DNA of 64,000 nucleotides from Bacteroidota bacterium (lineage in GTDB: Bacteria > Bacteroidota > Bacteroidia > Cytophagales > Cytophagaceae): assembly GCA_023428135.1 (NCBI GenBank), contig JAEYZG010000036.1, forward strand, positions 20,505 to 84,504. The letters run 5' to 3'. Positions 40,841-51,587 of this stretch are shown piece after piece. The notes beneath the pieces were generated by a model. The model was not told the DNA's origin and made no database searches. It saw only the letters and a list, made by a program, of their open reading frames with translations. The translations under genes and the position numbers were made by a program. The stretch's first letter is position 1. The number at the start of each line of letters is the position of its first letter.

Positions 40841-42337
40841 ATGCAAAAAATCAAAAAGGTATTGATCGCTAACAGAGGCGAAATTGCTTTGAGAATCATG
40901 AGATCACTAAAAGAAATGGACATTAAAACTGTTGCTGTTTTTAGTGAAGCTGACCGCCTTTCTCCTCATGTTCAATACGCTGATGAAGCAGTTTGCATTG
41001 GTCCTGCTCCCTCTTCCGCTTCCTATTTAAATAGTTCGAGAATAATTGAGACAGCTCTTAAGCTCCATGCTGATGCTATACATCCGGGATATGGCTTTCT
41101 AAGTGAAAATGAAAGCTTTGCACGTCAGGTAGAAGAATCAGGCTTGATATTTATAGGGCCATCTGCCAATTCTATAAAAATAATGGGAAGTAAATTGGCA
41201 GCAAAAGATGCCGCATCTGCCTATAATATTCCAATGGTACCAGGAATAAACAAGCCGGTAACCGATATCAATGAAGCGCTCAGAGTAACATCTGAAATTG
41301 GTTATCCGGTCCTCATTAAAGCAAGTGCAGGAGGTGGAGGAAAAGGAATGCGTATTGTGGAAAAGCCAGATGAATTTGCTGAACAACTGGAAAGGGCTTC
41401 AAGCGAAGCTAAATCTGCATTCGGAGACGGGTCTGTTTTTATCGAAAAATATATTGCATCTCCTAAGCACATAGAGGTGCAGATACTTGGAGATCAGCAT
41501 GGTAATGTAATTCATCTTTTTGAAAGGGAATGCTCCATTCAAAGACGTTATCAGAAAGTTGTTGAAGAAGCCCCCTCTCCTGTATTAAACCATGAAAAAA
41601 GGATGGCAATAGGAGAAGCTGCAGTTAATGTAGCTAAATCCTGTAATTACTATGGGGCAGGCACTGTTGAATTCATTGTAGATGAGCACCTTAACTTTTA
41701 CTTCCTTGAAATGAATACCAGACTCCAGGTTGAACATCCTGTAACTGAAATGATAACAGGAATAGACCTGGTTAAGGAACAAATTAATATTGCAGAGGGG
41801 AACACTTTATCATTCAAACAAGAAGACATCTCTATAAGAGGTCATGCAATTGAACTAAGGGTTTATGCTGAAGATCCTGCAAATAACTTTCTTCCGGATA
41901 TCGGAAAACTCATAACATACAGAAGACCCCAGGGGCCGGGAATAAGGGTTGATGACGGCTTCGAAGAATCAATGGAAATACCAGTGTTCTATGATCCCAT
42001 GATTGCAAAACTGATTACTTATGGCAGTACCAGGACTGAAGCCATTCAAAGAATGAAAAGGGCAATATCCGAATTCAAAATTTCGGGAATCATGACTACT
42101 CTGCCTTTTGGTACCTATGTTATGGATCATGAAGAGTTTATTTCAGGAAGATTTGATACCCATTTTGTAAAAAAACATTTTTCTCCTGAAAATTTAAAAA
42201 TCATTTTAGATAAAGAGACTGAAGAGATTGCAATGGCATTTGCGGGAAAATTTTTTACTGAGAAAAATAGTAACCAGTCCATAACGGAAATTCAAAACAG
42301 AGTCGGAAACTCAGTCTGGAAAAGAAGATACAATTAA
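40841..42337 (+). CDS. accC: Biotin carboxylase subunit of acetyl/propionyl-CoA carboxylase
   Basis: IANRGEIA, HPGYGFLSEN, GGGGKGMR, RECSIQRR, EMNTRLQVEHPVTE; no biotinyl domain. Confidence 0.92.
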   Translation: MQKIKKVLIANRGEIALRIMRSLKEMDIKTVAVFSEADRLSPHVQYADEAVCIGPAPSSASYLNSSRIIETALKLHADAIHPGYGFLSENESFARQVEESGLIFIGPSANSIKIMGSKLAAKDAASAYNIPMVPGINKPVTDINEALRVTSEIGYPVLIKASAGGGGKGMRIVEKPDEFAEQLERASSEAKSAFGDGSVFIEKYIASPKHIEVQILGDQHGNVIHLFERECSIQRRYQKVVEEAPSPVLNHEKRMAIGEAAVNVAKSCNYYGAGTVEFIVDEHLNFYFLEMNTRLQVEHPVTEMITGIDLVKEQINIAEGNTLSFKQEDISIRGHAIELRVYAEDPANNFLPDIGKLITYRRPQGPGIRVDDGFEESMEIPVFYDPMIAKLITYGSTRTEAIQRMKRAISEFKISGIMTTLPFGTYVMDHEEFISGRFDTHFVKKHFSPENLKIILDKETEEIAMAFAGKFFTEKNSNQSITEIQNRVGNSVWKRRYN

Positions 42338-42343
42338 TTTTTT

Positions 42344-43564
42344 ATGGCCCAAGTTTTTCCGTTGGAAGTCTATATGTATAGTGATTTACAGTCACTCCCT
42401 AAACTTTCTTTTCCGTTAATGCCAAAGGAAGAGTTCAGTAATGATTTGGAATCTCTATATAAAATACCATTCCATAGTATTTTACTCACCTATCCGAAAA
42501 CTTCAGAAGAAAAAGATTCGCCTTTTGAGGAATGGAAGAAAAAGGGAGTATTGAAAAAAGAAGCAGCAGCAATCTTTAAATACACACAGGAATACAAACA
42601 TCCGGTAAGTGGAAAGCTCTATAAGCGAATTGGTATTATGGCTGGGTTAAAAGTTGATGACTGGGGACCAGAAAGTGTATTACCTCATGAAGGGATTAAT
42701 TCAGAAGTAGTTGAACAGGGAATACAATTTCTTGAAAAATACCAGGTTAATTCTTCTCCTATTCATTTGCTTTACTCTGATCCGGAGCAAAGGCTTCGAA
42801 ACTACTTGGAAAAGCCAACTGAATTAATTTCAATTTTTACTGATAGTTTTGGTACCATTCATAAACTTGAAAAATTTAAAGACAGAACTTATAAGGATAT
42901 TTCCCAACTGTTTAAAAATTATCCATTATTCCTGGCAGACGGGCATCACAGGTATCAGACTATGATCCTCTTTAATAGGAAATATGGCAAAAATGCTCTT
43001 ATACCGGCTTATATAAGCTTAATGGAGAATGAACCTGCCAGAATATTACCCTTTCACAGGATAGTAAAATTAAGTGAATTTAAGGAAGAAAAATTACTCC
43101 ATATTTTGAAGATTTTTTTCCATTTGCAACCATTTTCTTCAGAAAACGTAGAGGCATTCACCATAAAGGGAGATGGAAGCGAATGGGGATTAGTCCTGAA
43201 GTCTCAATCATTTATTCTTAAACCCATTAATGAAAAAGTTAAACATTTTATTAATAATAAAGCTTATAATGAGGCCGGACAAAAAATGGCATTAATTGAT
43301 TATTTAGTATTAAAATACTTAGAAAATTTCAAAAAAGAACAGCCTAAAAACTGGTTTAATCTAAAATTTTCTTATAACTTTACTAAATTAACGCAAAAAG
43401 TGCAGTCAGGAGAGGCGGATTTTGGATTAATATTAAAAGGGGTAAGTATGAAAACTCTTGGAAAAACAGTTTTGAGTAATTCAATATTGCCAGAGAAATC
43501 GACATTCTTTTACCCTAAAATGCTTGCAGGTTTGGTCTTTTATGACCTTACGGATCAAAATTGA
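42344..43564 (+). CDS. DUF1015 family protein
   Basis: VLPHE, SPIHLLYSD, LADGHHRY, ILPFHR, LPEKSTFFYPKMLAGL. Confidence 0.8.
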   Translation: MAQVFPLEVYMYSDLQSLPKLSFPLMPKEEFSNDLESLYKIPFHSILLTYPKTSEEKDSPFEEWKKKGVLKKEAAAIFKYTQEYKHPVSGKLYKRIGIMAGLKVDDWGPESVLPHEGINSEVVEQGIQFLEKYQVNSSPIHLLYSDPEQRLRNYLEKPTELISIFTDSFGTIHKLEKFKDRTYKDISQLFKNYPLFLADGHHRYQTMILFNRKYGKNALIPAYISLMENEPARILPFHRIVKLSEFKEEKLLHILKIFFHLQPFSSENVEAFTIKGDGSEWGLVLKSQSFILKPINEKVKHFINNKAYNEAGQKMALIDYLVLKYLENFKKEQPKNWFNLKFSYNFTKLTQKVQSGEADFGLILKGVSMKTLGKTVLSNSILPEKSTFFYPKMLAGLVFYDLTDQN

Positions 43565-43600
43565 AAACACTTACAAATCTTTACGATACAATCAGGTCAT

Positions 43601-44767
43601 ATGAAAAACTATATTATTCTCAAATCATTGCTGTTACTGATGACATTGGTTTCCATCACAGGAAATGCCTCTGCAGAAATTGCGGCTGACACCTCTTTCT
43701 TTGAAAAGGGAAATGTAAAATATAAAAAAGGTGACTTTCTTGGCGCTATTGAAGAGTTTGATAAAGTATTGGCCAAAGACCCTAAAAATGTAGAAGCGTA
43801 TTTCAACAGAGGAATATGCAGAACAGAAATTGGAGATAATGAATCAGCAATAGAAGACTTTAACAATGTACTGGAACTTAACCATAACCATTTTAAAGCA
43901 TTCATTAAAAGAGGCATTGCCAAAGAGCAGACTGGTGACCAAAAAGGAGCAATAGATGATTTTTCAAAAGCATTGGTTCACTCTCCAAAGGACCCTGAAG
44001 CATTGGCTCACAGAGCTAATATAAGATATCTTTTGAGCGACTATGCCGGATCTATAAAAGATTATACAACCCTGATAGAACTTGCTCAGCCAAACAACTT
44101 TGAAGCGCTTTACAAAAGAGGTCTTGCTCGCAATGAATATGGAAGATTTAAAGAAGCAATCGCTGATTTTACAAGAGTGATAGAACTGTATCCTAAATAC
44201 AACTATGCATATTTCTACAGAGGTTTTGCAAAAAACCATATTGATGATTTCAAAGGTGCTATTGAAGATTATACAAAGGTAATTGAGCTTGACCCAAATG
44301 ATAAATTTTCTTATTACAACAGAGGTTACTCCAGACTTCAAATGATGGATTTTGATGGTGCTGATAAAGATTATCAAAAAGCAACTCAAATTGACCCTAA
44401 ATTTGAAGAAGCTTATTATCAATGGGCAGAAGTATTTGCAACAAAGGGAGATACAAAAGCTGCAATAGAAAAATTCAATAAAGCTGTAGAACTGTTCCCT
44501 AGCCATAAAGACGCATATTTCAACAGAGGAGCATATCTTACTGAAATTGACCAAAGCAAAGAAGCTATAGTAGATTTAAATAAAGCAATCGAGTTAAATC
44601 CAAAAGATAAAGAAGCTTATTATTTCAGAGGAGTTGCTTATGCTCAATTGAATAAAAACTCTGAAGCCTGCCTTGACCTGAAACAAGCAGAACAATTTGG
44701 AGATGTAAGAGCATCAGAAATGATTAAAAGTGTCTGTGGCAGAAACACGCCTAACTTGATCAAATAG
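43601..44767 (+). CDS. Exported tetratricopeptide repeat protein
   Basis: Signal peptide and about 10 TPRs of the form AYFNRG...AIEDF..VIEL.P. Confidence 0.9.
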   Translation: MKNYIILKSLLLLMTLVSITGNASAEIAADTSFFEKGNVKYKKGDFLGAIEEFDKVLAKDPKNVEAYFNRGICRTEIGDNESAIEDFNNVLELNHNHFKAFIKRGIAKEQTGDQKGAIDDFSKALVHSPKDPEALAHRANIRYLLSDYAGSIKDYTTLIELAQPNNFEALYKRGLARNEYGRFKEAIADFTRVIELYPKYNYAYFYRGFAKNHIDDFKGAIEDYTKVIELDPNDKFSYYNRGYSRLQMMDFDGADKDYQKATQIDPKFEEAYYQWAEVFATKGDTKAAIEKFNKAVELFPSHKDAYFNRGAYLTEIDQSKEAIVDLNKAIELNPKDKEAYYFRGVAYAQLNKNSEACLDLKQAEQFGDVRASEMIKSVCGRNTPNLIK

Positions 44768-44784
44768 TAAAATATTAGTAAGAT

Positions 44785-45354
44785 TTGAATAAGAATTTAA
44801 ATATAATCCTTGCTTCCAACTCGCCCAGAAGGCAACAAATACTAAAGGAAGCAGGGATTATTTTTTTGGTAAAAAGTAAAAATATTCCAGAAGATTACCC
44901 TACTGATCTACCCAAAAGAAGTATCTCTGAATATCTTGCCGAAAAAAAAGCAGAATCATTTTGTGAAGAATCACAAAGCAGTCTGATAATAGCAGCTGAT
45001 ACCACAGTTTTAGTTGAAGGAAAGATACTTGAAAAGCCCGTTGATTCTCTCGACGCAAGCAGGATGCTTAAGGAATTGTCAGGAAAATATCATGAAGTAA
45101 TTACCGGTGTCTGTCTTTTATATAAAGGCAAGAAAATATCTTTTTCCGATACTACTAAGGTCTATTTCAAAGATCTTTCAGATGCTGAAATTGAACATTA
45201 TATAGAAACATGTAAACCATTTGACAAAGCCGGGAGCTATGGTATCCAGGAATGGATAGGGCTTATTGGAATTACAGGAATCGAAGGCTCTTATTTTAAT
45301 GTAATGGGACTTCCGATTCACAGAGTTTATGAAAGCCTTAAAGAATTTAAGTGA
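44785..45354 (+). CDS. maf: Maf family nucleotide pyrophosphatase
   Basis: ILASNSPRR, AADT, LEKP, DKAGSYGIQ, NVMGLP. Confidence 0.93.
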   Translation: MNKNLNIILASNSPRRQQILKEAGIIFLVKSKNIPEDYPTDLPKRSISEYLAEKKAESFCEESQSSLIIAADTTVLVEGKILEKPVDSLDASRMLKELSGKYHEVITGVCLLYKGKKISFSDTTKVYFKDLSDAEIEHYIETCKPFDKAGSYGIQEWIGLIGITGIEGSYFNVMGLPIHRVYESLKEFK

Positions 45355-46348
45355 GTTTACTTTCCATTATTTTTACTTCTGTAATTGGAGACGTTTTTTC
45401 ATAAAGAATATTATAAACAGCTTTTATAATAGGCATATCAATGGATAATTCTTTATTGATCTCATTGATTCCCTTCACGGCATAATATCCTTCAGCAACC
45501 ATATTCATTTCTATCTGAGCAGACTTAACAGAATACCCTCTTCCTATCATATTTCCAAAAGTACGATTTCTGCTAAACTGAGAATAAGCAGTTACCAGTA
45601 AATCGCCCAAAAATGCTGAAGAATAAACTACTCTGTGATCAGAAGGATGTAAAGCATTGACAAATCTTGAGATTTCCTGTATTGCATTTGAAACCAGCAC
45701 TGCCTGAAAATTATCCCCATAATTTAAGCCATGTGTGATGCCACAAGCAATAGCTATTATATTTTTCATAATTGCAGCATACTCTATCCCATACAAATCA
45801 AGAGAAACAGATGATTTTACAAATCGACACGACAACAGCCCTGCAACTGTTTTTCCTGTTTCCCGATCTGAAGCCCCAATAGTGAGGTAAGACTTCTTTT
45901 CCATGGCAACTTCTTCAGAATGACATGGACCAGCAATGATGCAAAGCTGTTCTTGTTTAACTCCAAATTCAGAAGAAAGAAAATCAGTGATAAGCTTATT
46001 CTCGTGAGGGATCATCCCTTTTATTCCTGATACAATGATTTTATTCTGATAACTCCCTTTATCGAGAGAAAGAAGAATTTCTTTTACAAAGGCAGATGGA
46101 ACTGCGAGTATTAACACAGAAGATAATTCAACTGCTCTTTTAAGATCTGATATTGGCTTTACCTTTGCAAGATTAATGTGAATATCACTTGCATATCTAG
46201 GATTTGACTCATATGAGAGAATATGTTCTACATCCTCCTGCTTTCTTAGCCACCAATAAATCAATATATTTTGTTCTGACAGAATCTTTACAAGTGCTGT
46301 AGCCCAGCTTCCCCCTCCTATTACAGCAACTGACAACTGCTTTTCCAT
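45347..46348 (-). CDS. gpsA: NAD(P)H-dependent glycerol-3-phosphate dehydrogenase
   Basis: IGGGSWATA, GPCHSEE, KNIIAI, GDLLVTAYSQFSRNR, AEG. Confidence 0.94.
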   Translation of the reverse strand: MEKQLSVAVIGGGSWATALVKILSEQNILIYWWLRKQEDVEHILSYESNPRYASDIHINLAKVKPISDLKRAVELSSVLILAVPSAFVKEILLSLDKGSYQNKIIVSGIKGMIPHENKLITDFLSSEFGVKQEQLCIIAGPCHSEEVAMEKKSYLTIGASDRETGKTVAGLLSCRFVKSSVSLDLYGIEYAAIMKNIIAIACGITHGLNYGDNFQAVLVSNAIQEISRFVNALHPSDHRVVYSSAFLGDLLVTAYSQFSRNRTFGNMIGRGYSVKSAQIEMNMVAEGYYAVKGINEINKELSIDMPIIKAVYNILYEKTSPITEVKIMESKLT

Positions 46349-46417
46349 TTAGTTTTTTAAATTTAAATTCCTGCTAAATTAGCAAAATAATTTTTATTGA
46401 CTGATTAAAATCTTACC

Positions 46418-47254
46418 ATGAGCCAACTCATTCTAAACGGAGAATATTACCCAGTGGAGAGCAACCAGCTTTTACCCACCACCAATAGAGCTTTTTTATA
46501 TGGTGATGGAATTTTTGAAACAATTAAGCTTCAGAATAAAAATTTGTTATTCTGGGAAGACCACTACATTCGTATGATCAACGGGGCTAAAGCTTTATCC
46601 CTGGATTGCTCAAAATTATCTAAGGATGAGTTAAAAGCTTCCATTATTAAACTAGCAGAACAAAACTCCTTATCTACCGCCAGGATTCGGATACAACTAT
46701 GGCGCTCCCCCGGCGGTCTATTTACACCTGCTGATAATTCTGTTCAATACTTAATCAATGCCACAGAATTTACAACAGCTCCTTCATTAAAAAGATCCTG
46801 CTTTTTCTTTGAAGAAGTGCCATTGGCTTACTCTTCTATTTCCAGATACAAAACATGTAATGCGCTTCCATACATTCTTGCAAGTATTAAAAGAAAGGAA
46901 CTGGAAGCAGATGAAATGATTTTGTTTAACACGGATGGATTCGTATCTGAATGTACATCCTCCAACATCTTCTGGTTGAAAGGAGACACCCTATGCACTC
47001 CATCCATTGAAACTGGCTGTATTGAAGGGATTGTAAGGAAACAAATTTTGTCTTATGCTAAACATCATCACATAAAAATTTTGGAGGGCCAATTCTTTAA
47101 AGAAGATCTCCTGCATGCTGATTTTGTATTCAGCACTAACACCGCAGGAGTAAGTCAATTGGCTTGTATTGAAGGAAAGGAGTTTAAGGAAAAACATCCT
47201 TTATATGAACTGTTGAAATCTGAATATTCCAAAGAAACCTTAAATGATGCTTAA
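46418..47254 (+). CDS. Class IV aminotransferase, probable 4-amino-4-deoxychorismate lyase
   Basis: NRAFLYGDGIFET, HYIR, YKT, ECTSSNIF, GCIEGIVR. Confidence 0.82.
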   Translation: MSQLILNGEYYPVESNQLLPTTNRAFLYGDGIFETIKLQNKNLLFWEDHYIRMINGAKALSLDCSKLSKDELKASIIKLAEQNSLSTARIRIQLWRSPGGLFTPADNSVQYLINATEFTTAPSLKRSCFFFEEVPLAYSSISRYKTCNALPYILASIKRKELEADEMILFNTDGFVSECTSSNIFWLKGDTLCTPSIETGCIEGIVRKQILSYAKHHHIKILEGQFFKEDLLHADFVFSTNTAGVSQLACIEGKEFKEKHPLYELLKSEYSKETLNDA

Positions 47255-47299
47255 GATAATGCTGTATTGGTATAAAATCATTAACTCAATAACTATAAG

Positions 47300-47340
47300 C
47301 CTGCCTGATGGACAGGGAGACGCCAGCATGGCGTCTCTAC
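47300..47340 (-). repeat. GTAG-type REP-like palindrome plus an adjacent small hairpin
   Basis: Minus strand reads GTAGAGACGCCA-TGC-TGGCGTCTC, then CCTGTCCATCAGGCAGG; a GC-rich patch between convergent genes. Confidence 0.6.
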
Positions 47341-47344
47341 AACC

Positions 47345-48139
47345 TTAAACCGCTACATCCGCCTTTATTGCCGGATGTGGATTATAGTCTTCCAGTGTAA
47401 AATCCTCATATTTAAAATCAAAAATAGATTTTACAGCAGGATTAATTTTCATTTGAGGAAGAGGTCTCAGTTCTCTTGAAAGCTGAAGTCTTGTCTGCTC
47501 GAGATGATTTGAATACAAATGTGCATCACCCAAGGTGTGCACAAAATCTCCCGGTTGTAACCCGCAGACCTGTGCAACCATCATAGTCAGCAATGCATAA
47601 GAAGCGATATTAAATGGAACACCCAGAAAAACGTCTGCACTACGCTGATAAAGTTGACATGAAAGCTTGCCTTCTGCTACATAAAATTGGAAAAATGCGT
47701 GGCAAGGAGGTAACTTCATTTTATCGACATCTGCTACATTCCAGGCACTTACAATAAGTCTTCTTGAATCCGGTGTTTTTTTGATTTGTTCGATTACCTT
47801 TGATATCTGGTCAATGTGCTCTCCATCAGGAGTTGGCCAGCTTCTCCACTGATATCCATAAACAGGACCCAGATTCCCTTTGTCATCAGCCCATTCATCC
47901 CAGATACTTACTCCATTTTCCTTCAGATATTTAATATTGGTATCCCCTTTTAGAAACCAAAGTAACTCATGAATAATCGACTTTAAATGAAGCTTTTTAG
48001 TCGTCACGACAGGAAACCCTTCGGATAAATCAAACCTCATTTGATACCCAAACACGCTGATTGTTCCAGTTCCTGTTCTGTCTTCCTTTTTCACACCTTT
48101 TTCTAGAATGTGAGCCATCAATTCATGATACTGCTTCAT
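47345..48139 (-). CDS. thyA: Thymidylate synthase
   Basis: DRTGTGT, ELLWF, SRR, LPPCH, YQRSAD, GDAHLY. Confidence 0.98.
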   Translation of the reverse strand: MKQYHELMAHILEKGVKKEDRTGTGTISVFGYQMRFDLSEGFPVVTTKKLHLKSIIHELLWFLKGDTNIKYLKENGVSIWDEWADDKGNLGPVYGYQWRSWPTPDGEHIDQISKVIEQIKKTPDSRRLIVSAWNVADVDKMKLPPCHAFFQFYVAEGKLSCQLYQRSADVFLGVPFNIASYALLTMMVAQVCGLQPGDFVHTLGDAHLYSNHLEQTRLQLSRELRPLPQMKINPAVKSIFDFKYEDFTLEDYNPHPAIKADVAV

Positions 48140-48169
48140 AACTTCAATTTATTGATACCCCGAAAATAC

Positions 48170-48195
48170 AAAAAAGGTCCCAAAAGGGACCTTTT
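48170..48195 (-). terminator. Terminator of the small Cys-rich protein gene
   Basis: AAAAGGTCCC-AAAA-GGGACCTTTT with a longer U-tract on the minus strand. Confidence 0.75.
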
Positions 48196-48224
48196 AATAT
48201 TAAATATTCTTTTTATTTTAAAAA

Positions 48225-48464
48225 TTACTCAGCTGCTTTCTGCTCAGCAGGGGCTGCACTGTTTTCTGCTCCTTTAGAAGCACAGCATGATTTTTTAGAA
48301 GTTGAACAGTTTGATTTAGAAGCGCATTCTTTCTTCTTTTTCTTTTTATCCTTGTCTTTATCCTTTACTACAACAGAGATATTTGAATCTGACACAACTG
48401 CTGCGAATGAAGTACCGAAAGCAACAAGAACTGAGAAGATTACACTGAAAATTACTTTTTTCAT
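48225..48464 (-). CDS. Small secreted Lys/Cys-rich protein
   Basis: Sec signal ending TSFA, KDKDKDKKKKKKE tract, CASKSNC...KKSCC; has its own terminator. Confidence 0.75.
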   Translation of the reverse strand: MKKVIFSVIFSVLVAFGTSFAAVVSDSNISVVVKDKDKDKKKKKKECASKSNCSTSKKSCCASKGAENSAAPAEQKAAE

Positions 48465-48709
48465 AAGATTAAAATTTCAATTATTAAAGTTTTAAACTAG
48501 AGATATTGAATAAATATAAAAAAATATTAATTCAATTCCAAATTTTAAGAATTTTGAATACCACTTGCATGATACGGCCTTAATTCGTTTAAGTTTCTCA
48601 AATACTTTTTTGTTGTCGTATTTCAATTCTATGAATAAATCCTATGTTATTCTCCTGTAGAATTTTAAACTTCAATAAGCTGTTATTGAAAAAAACTGCT
48701 TAAAAAAAC

Positions 48710-48717
48710 TATTTTTG
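48710..48717 (+). promoter_or_regulatory. -7 box (TATTTTTG) for leuS
   Basis: TAnnTTTG 28 nt upstream of the ATG. Confidence 0.55.
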
Positions 48718-48745
48718 CAGTCCAAAAAATAATATTAATACTATC

Positions 48746-51514
48746 ATGGCAGATTATAATTTTCAGGAGATTGAAAAAAAGTGGCAGGATAAGTGGGAAG
48801 CTTCCAAAATCTTCGAAGCGGACACTAACCAGAGTAAACCAAAATACTATGCCCTCGACATGTTCCCTTATCCATCAGGTGCTGGACTTCATGTAGGACA
48901 TCCACTGGGATATATCGCCACTGATATTGTTGCCCGGTATAAAAGAATTAAAGGTTATAACGTATTGCATCCAATGGGATTTGACTCTTTCGGTCTTCCT
49001 GCGGAACAATATGCCATGCAAACAGGTCAGCATCCGGCCATTACAACTGAACAAAATATCACAAGATATAAAGAACAGCTAAAAAAGATTGGATTTTCCT
49101 ACGATTGGTCCAGGGAAGTAAGGACCAGCAATGCTGATTATTACAAATGGACTCAATGGATATTTACACAGCTTTTCAAACATTGGTATAATAAAGACAA
49201 AGAAAAAGCTGAGCCTATAGAAGATTTGGTTAAGATCTTTGAAACTTCAGGAAATAAATCTGTCAATGCTGTTCGTGATGAAGATACTCCTGTTTTCACT
49301 GCAGAAGATTGGAAAAAACTTTCAGAAAGAGCAAAGCAAGAAATGCTCTTGAAGTATCGTCTTACTTACCTATCTGAGACTATGGTAAACTGGTGTCCTG
49401 AACTTGGAACAGTGCTAGCCAATGAGGAAGTGAAGGATGGCGTTTCTGAGCGTGGAGGATATCCGGTGATCAGGAAAAAGATGCTTCAGTGGAGCATGCG
49501 TATCACCGCTTATGCAGAACGTTTACTTGCAGGCCTTGATACTATAGATTGGCCTGAGCCGATGAAAGAAATGCAGCGAAACTGGATAGGAAAATCTTTA
49601 GGCGCTGAACTGACATTTAAAGTAGAAGGCAAGGATCTTGAATTAAAAGTTTTCACAACAAGAATAGATACTACATTCGGTGTAACCTTTGTTTCTATAG
49701 CTCCAGAGCATGAGCTAATTCCTGAGCTCACAACTCCTGATCAAAAAGCAGAAGTAGAAAAGTATGTGGAAACCGCCAAGAACAGATCGGAAAGAGATCG
49801 TATGACCGATGTAAAGACAGTCTCAGGACAATTTACCGGAAGCTACGTGATCAATCCGTTTAATGAAGAGCGAATTCCAATTTATATAGCGGACTATGTC
49901 CTTTCCGGATACGGTACAGGAGTGGTAATGGCTGTTCCATCTTCAGATACAAGAGACTATGGATTTGCAAAACATTTCAACCTGCCAATTATACCTGTTC
50001 AGGAAGGTGAAGGCTCTGATATAACCAAAGATGATTTTGATCCGAAAAAAGGAACAATGATCAACAGCGCATTCCTTAATGGTCTTACAGTACCTGAAGC
50101 CATTAAGAAAGCTATTGAATTCATCGAACAAAAAGGAATTGGTAAAGCCAAAATCAACTTTAAAATGAGGGATTCCATATTCGGAAGACAAAGATACTGG
50201 GGTGAGCCTATTCCTGTATCTTACGACAGTGATGGAATGCCTGTAATCTTCAAAGATTCAGAGTTGCCTTTAATACTCCCTCCTATTGACGAATACAGAC
50301 CTACTGAGGCAGGAGATCCTCCGCTGGGAAGAAACAAAGACTTTGTTGCAAAGAATATTGAGCTGAGCACAATGCCTGGATGGGCAGGATCAAGCTGGTA
50401 TTATTTGCGCTACATGGATCCTAAAAATTCAGACAGACTGGTAGGCAAGGAAGCTGAGAAATACTGGAATCAGGTTGATTTATATATTGGAGGTGCAGAA
50501 CACGCAACAGGTCACTTGTTATATTCAAGGTTCTGGAACAAGTTTTTAAAAGATATCGGATACGTTAGCAGCGAAGAGCCGTTTGCAAAGCTTATCAACC
50601 AGGGAATGATTCAGGGAAGATCGAACTTTGTGTACAGGGTTAAAGGAACTCAAAAATATGTATCCTATAATCTAAGAAAGCAATATGATACTACTCCTTT
50701 GCATGTAGACGTAAACGTTGTTTATAATGACGTACTTGACACTGAAGCGTTCAAAGCATGGAGACCAGACTTTGCTGAAGCTGAATTTATCCTTGAAGAT
50801 GGAAAATACATATGTGGAAGCGAGGTTGAAAAAATGTCAAAGTCCTTATACAATGTTGTAAATCCTGATGACATTGTTGCTAAATACGGAGCTGATACAC
50901 TTCGCTTGTATGAAATGTTTCTAGGTCCACTTGAGCAATTCAAACCATGGAACACCAATGGTATTGAAGGAGTGTATAAATTCCTGAGAAAGCTTTGGAA
51001 TCTTTGTCATGACGAGAATGGAAAGCTAAATATTTCCGATGCTGAACCAACCAAAGAAGAATATAAAGCACTTCATAAAACAATTAAGAAAGTAGAAGAA
51101 GATATCGAGCGTTTCTCATTCAATACTTCTGTAAGTACTTTTATGATTTGTGTAAATGAGCTTGGTTCACTTAAATGTAACAAAAAGAAAATCCTTAGTG
51201 ATCTTCTTATCGTCCTCTCCCCTTATGCTCCGCATATTGCAGAAGAGTTATGGTCTGAGTTTGGCAACAAGGAAAGCATACTTAAAGCTATCTATCCTGC
51301 ATTCAAACAGGAATATCTGACAGAAGAGAGTTTTGAATATCCTATTTCCATTAATGGAAAAATGAGAGTAAAACTTGACCTTCCTCTTAATCTTACAAAC
51401 CAGCAAATAGAGGAAACTGTGCTTTCTAATGATCAGGTACAGAAGTGGCTTGAAGGAAAGGCTCCTAAAAAAGTAATCGTAGTACCAAACAAGATTGTCA
51501 ATCTTGTAATTTAA
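48746..51514 (+). CDS. leuS: Leucine--tRNA ligase
   Basis: [23 protein letters not shown] editing domain, [15 protein letters not shown]. Confidence 0.98.
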   Translation: MADYNFQEIEKKWQDKWEASKIFEADTNQSKPKYYALDMFPYPSGAGLHVGHPLGYIATDIVARYKRIKGYNVLHPMGFDSFGLPAEQYAMQTGQHPAITTEQNITRYKEQLKKIGFSYDWSREVRTSNADYYKWTQWIFTQLFKHWYNKDKEKAEPIEDLVKIFETSGNKSVNAVRDEDTPVFTAEDWKKLSERAKQEMLLKYRLTYLSETMVNWCPELGTVLANEEVKDGVSERGGYPVIRKKMLQWSMRITAYAERLLAGLDTIDWPEPMKEMQRNWIGKSLGAELTFKVEGKDLELKVFTTRIDTTFGVTFVSIAPEHELIPELTTPDQKAEVEKYVETAKNRSERDRMTDVKTVSGQFTGSYVINPFNEERIPIYIADYVLSGYGTGVVMAVPSSDTRDYGFAKHFNLPIIPVQEGEGSDITKDDFDPKKGTMINSAFLNGLTVPEAIKKAIEFIEQKGIGKAKINFKMRDSIFGRQRYWGEPIPVSYDSDGMPVIFKDSELPLILPPIDEYRPTEAGDPPLGRNKDFVAKNIELSTMPGWAGSSWYYLRYMDPKNSDRLVGKEAEKYWNQVDLYIGGAEHATGHLLYSRFWNKFLKDIGYVSSEEPFAKLINQGMIQGRSNFVYRVKGTQKYVSYNLRKQYDTTPLHVDVNVVYNDVLDTEAFKAWRPDFAEAEFILEDGKYICGSEVEKMSKSLYNVVNPDDIVAKYGADTLRLYEMFLGPLEQFKPWNTNGIEGVYKFLRKLWNLCHDENGKLNISDAEPTKEEYKALHKTIKKVEEDIERFSFNTSVSTFMICVNELGSLKCNKKKILSDLLIVLSPYAPHIAEELWSEFGNKESILKAIYPAFKQEYLTEESFEYPISINGKMRVKLDLPLNLTNQQIEETVLSNDQVQKWLEGKAPKKVIVVPNKIVNLVI

Positions 51515-51536
51515 AAACTGAATGACGTATTAAAGT

Positions 51537-51567
51537 AAAAAAGGCTGTCTTACCGGGCAGCCTTTTT
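51537..51567. terminator. Bidirectional terminator between leuS and the porin gene
   Basis: AAAAAAGGCTGTC...GGCAGCCTTTTT. Confidence 0.8.
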
Positions 51568-51587
51568 GCATTATAAATCTTCAGGTC

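Noticed and set aside
43609..44554. Long antisense ORFs (104 and 196 aa) opposite the TPR gene
   Set aside because: Shadow frames of a repetitive coding sequence with no protein-like features
48465..48745. Possible T-box or leader upstream of leuS
   Set aside because: The -7 box is only 28 nt from the ATG, leaving no room, and no T-box motif was seen
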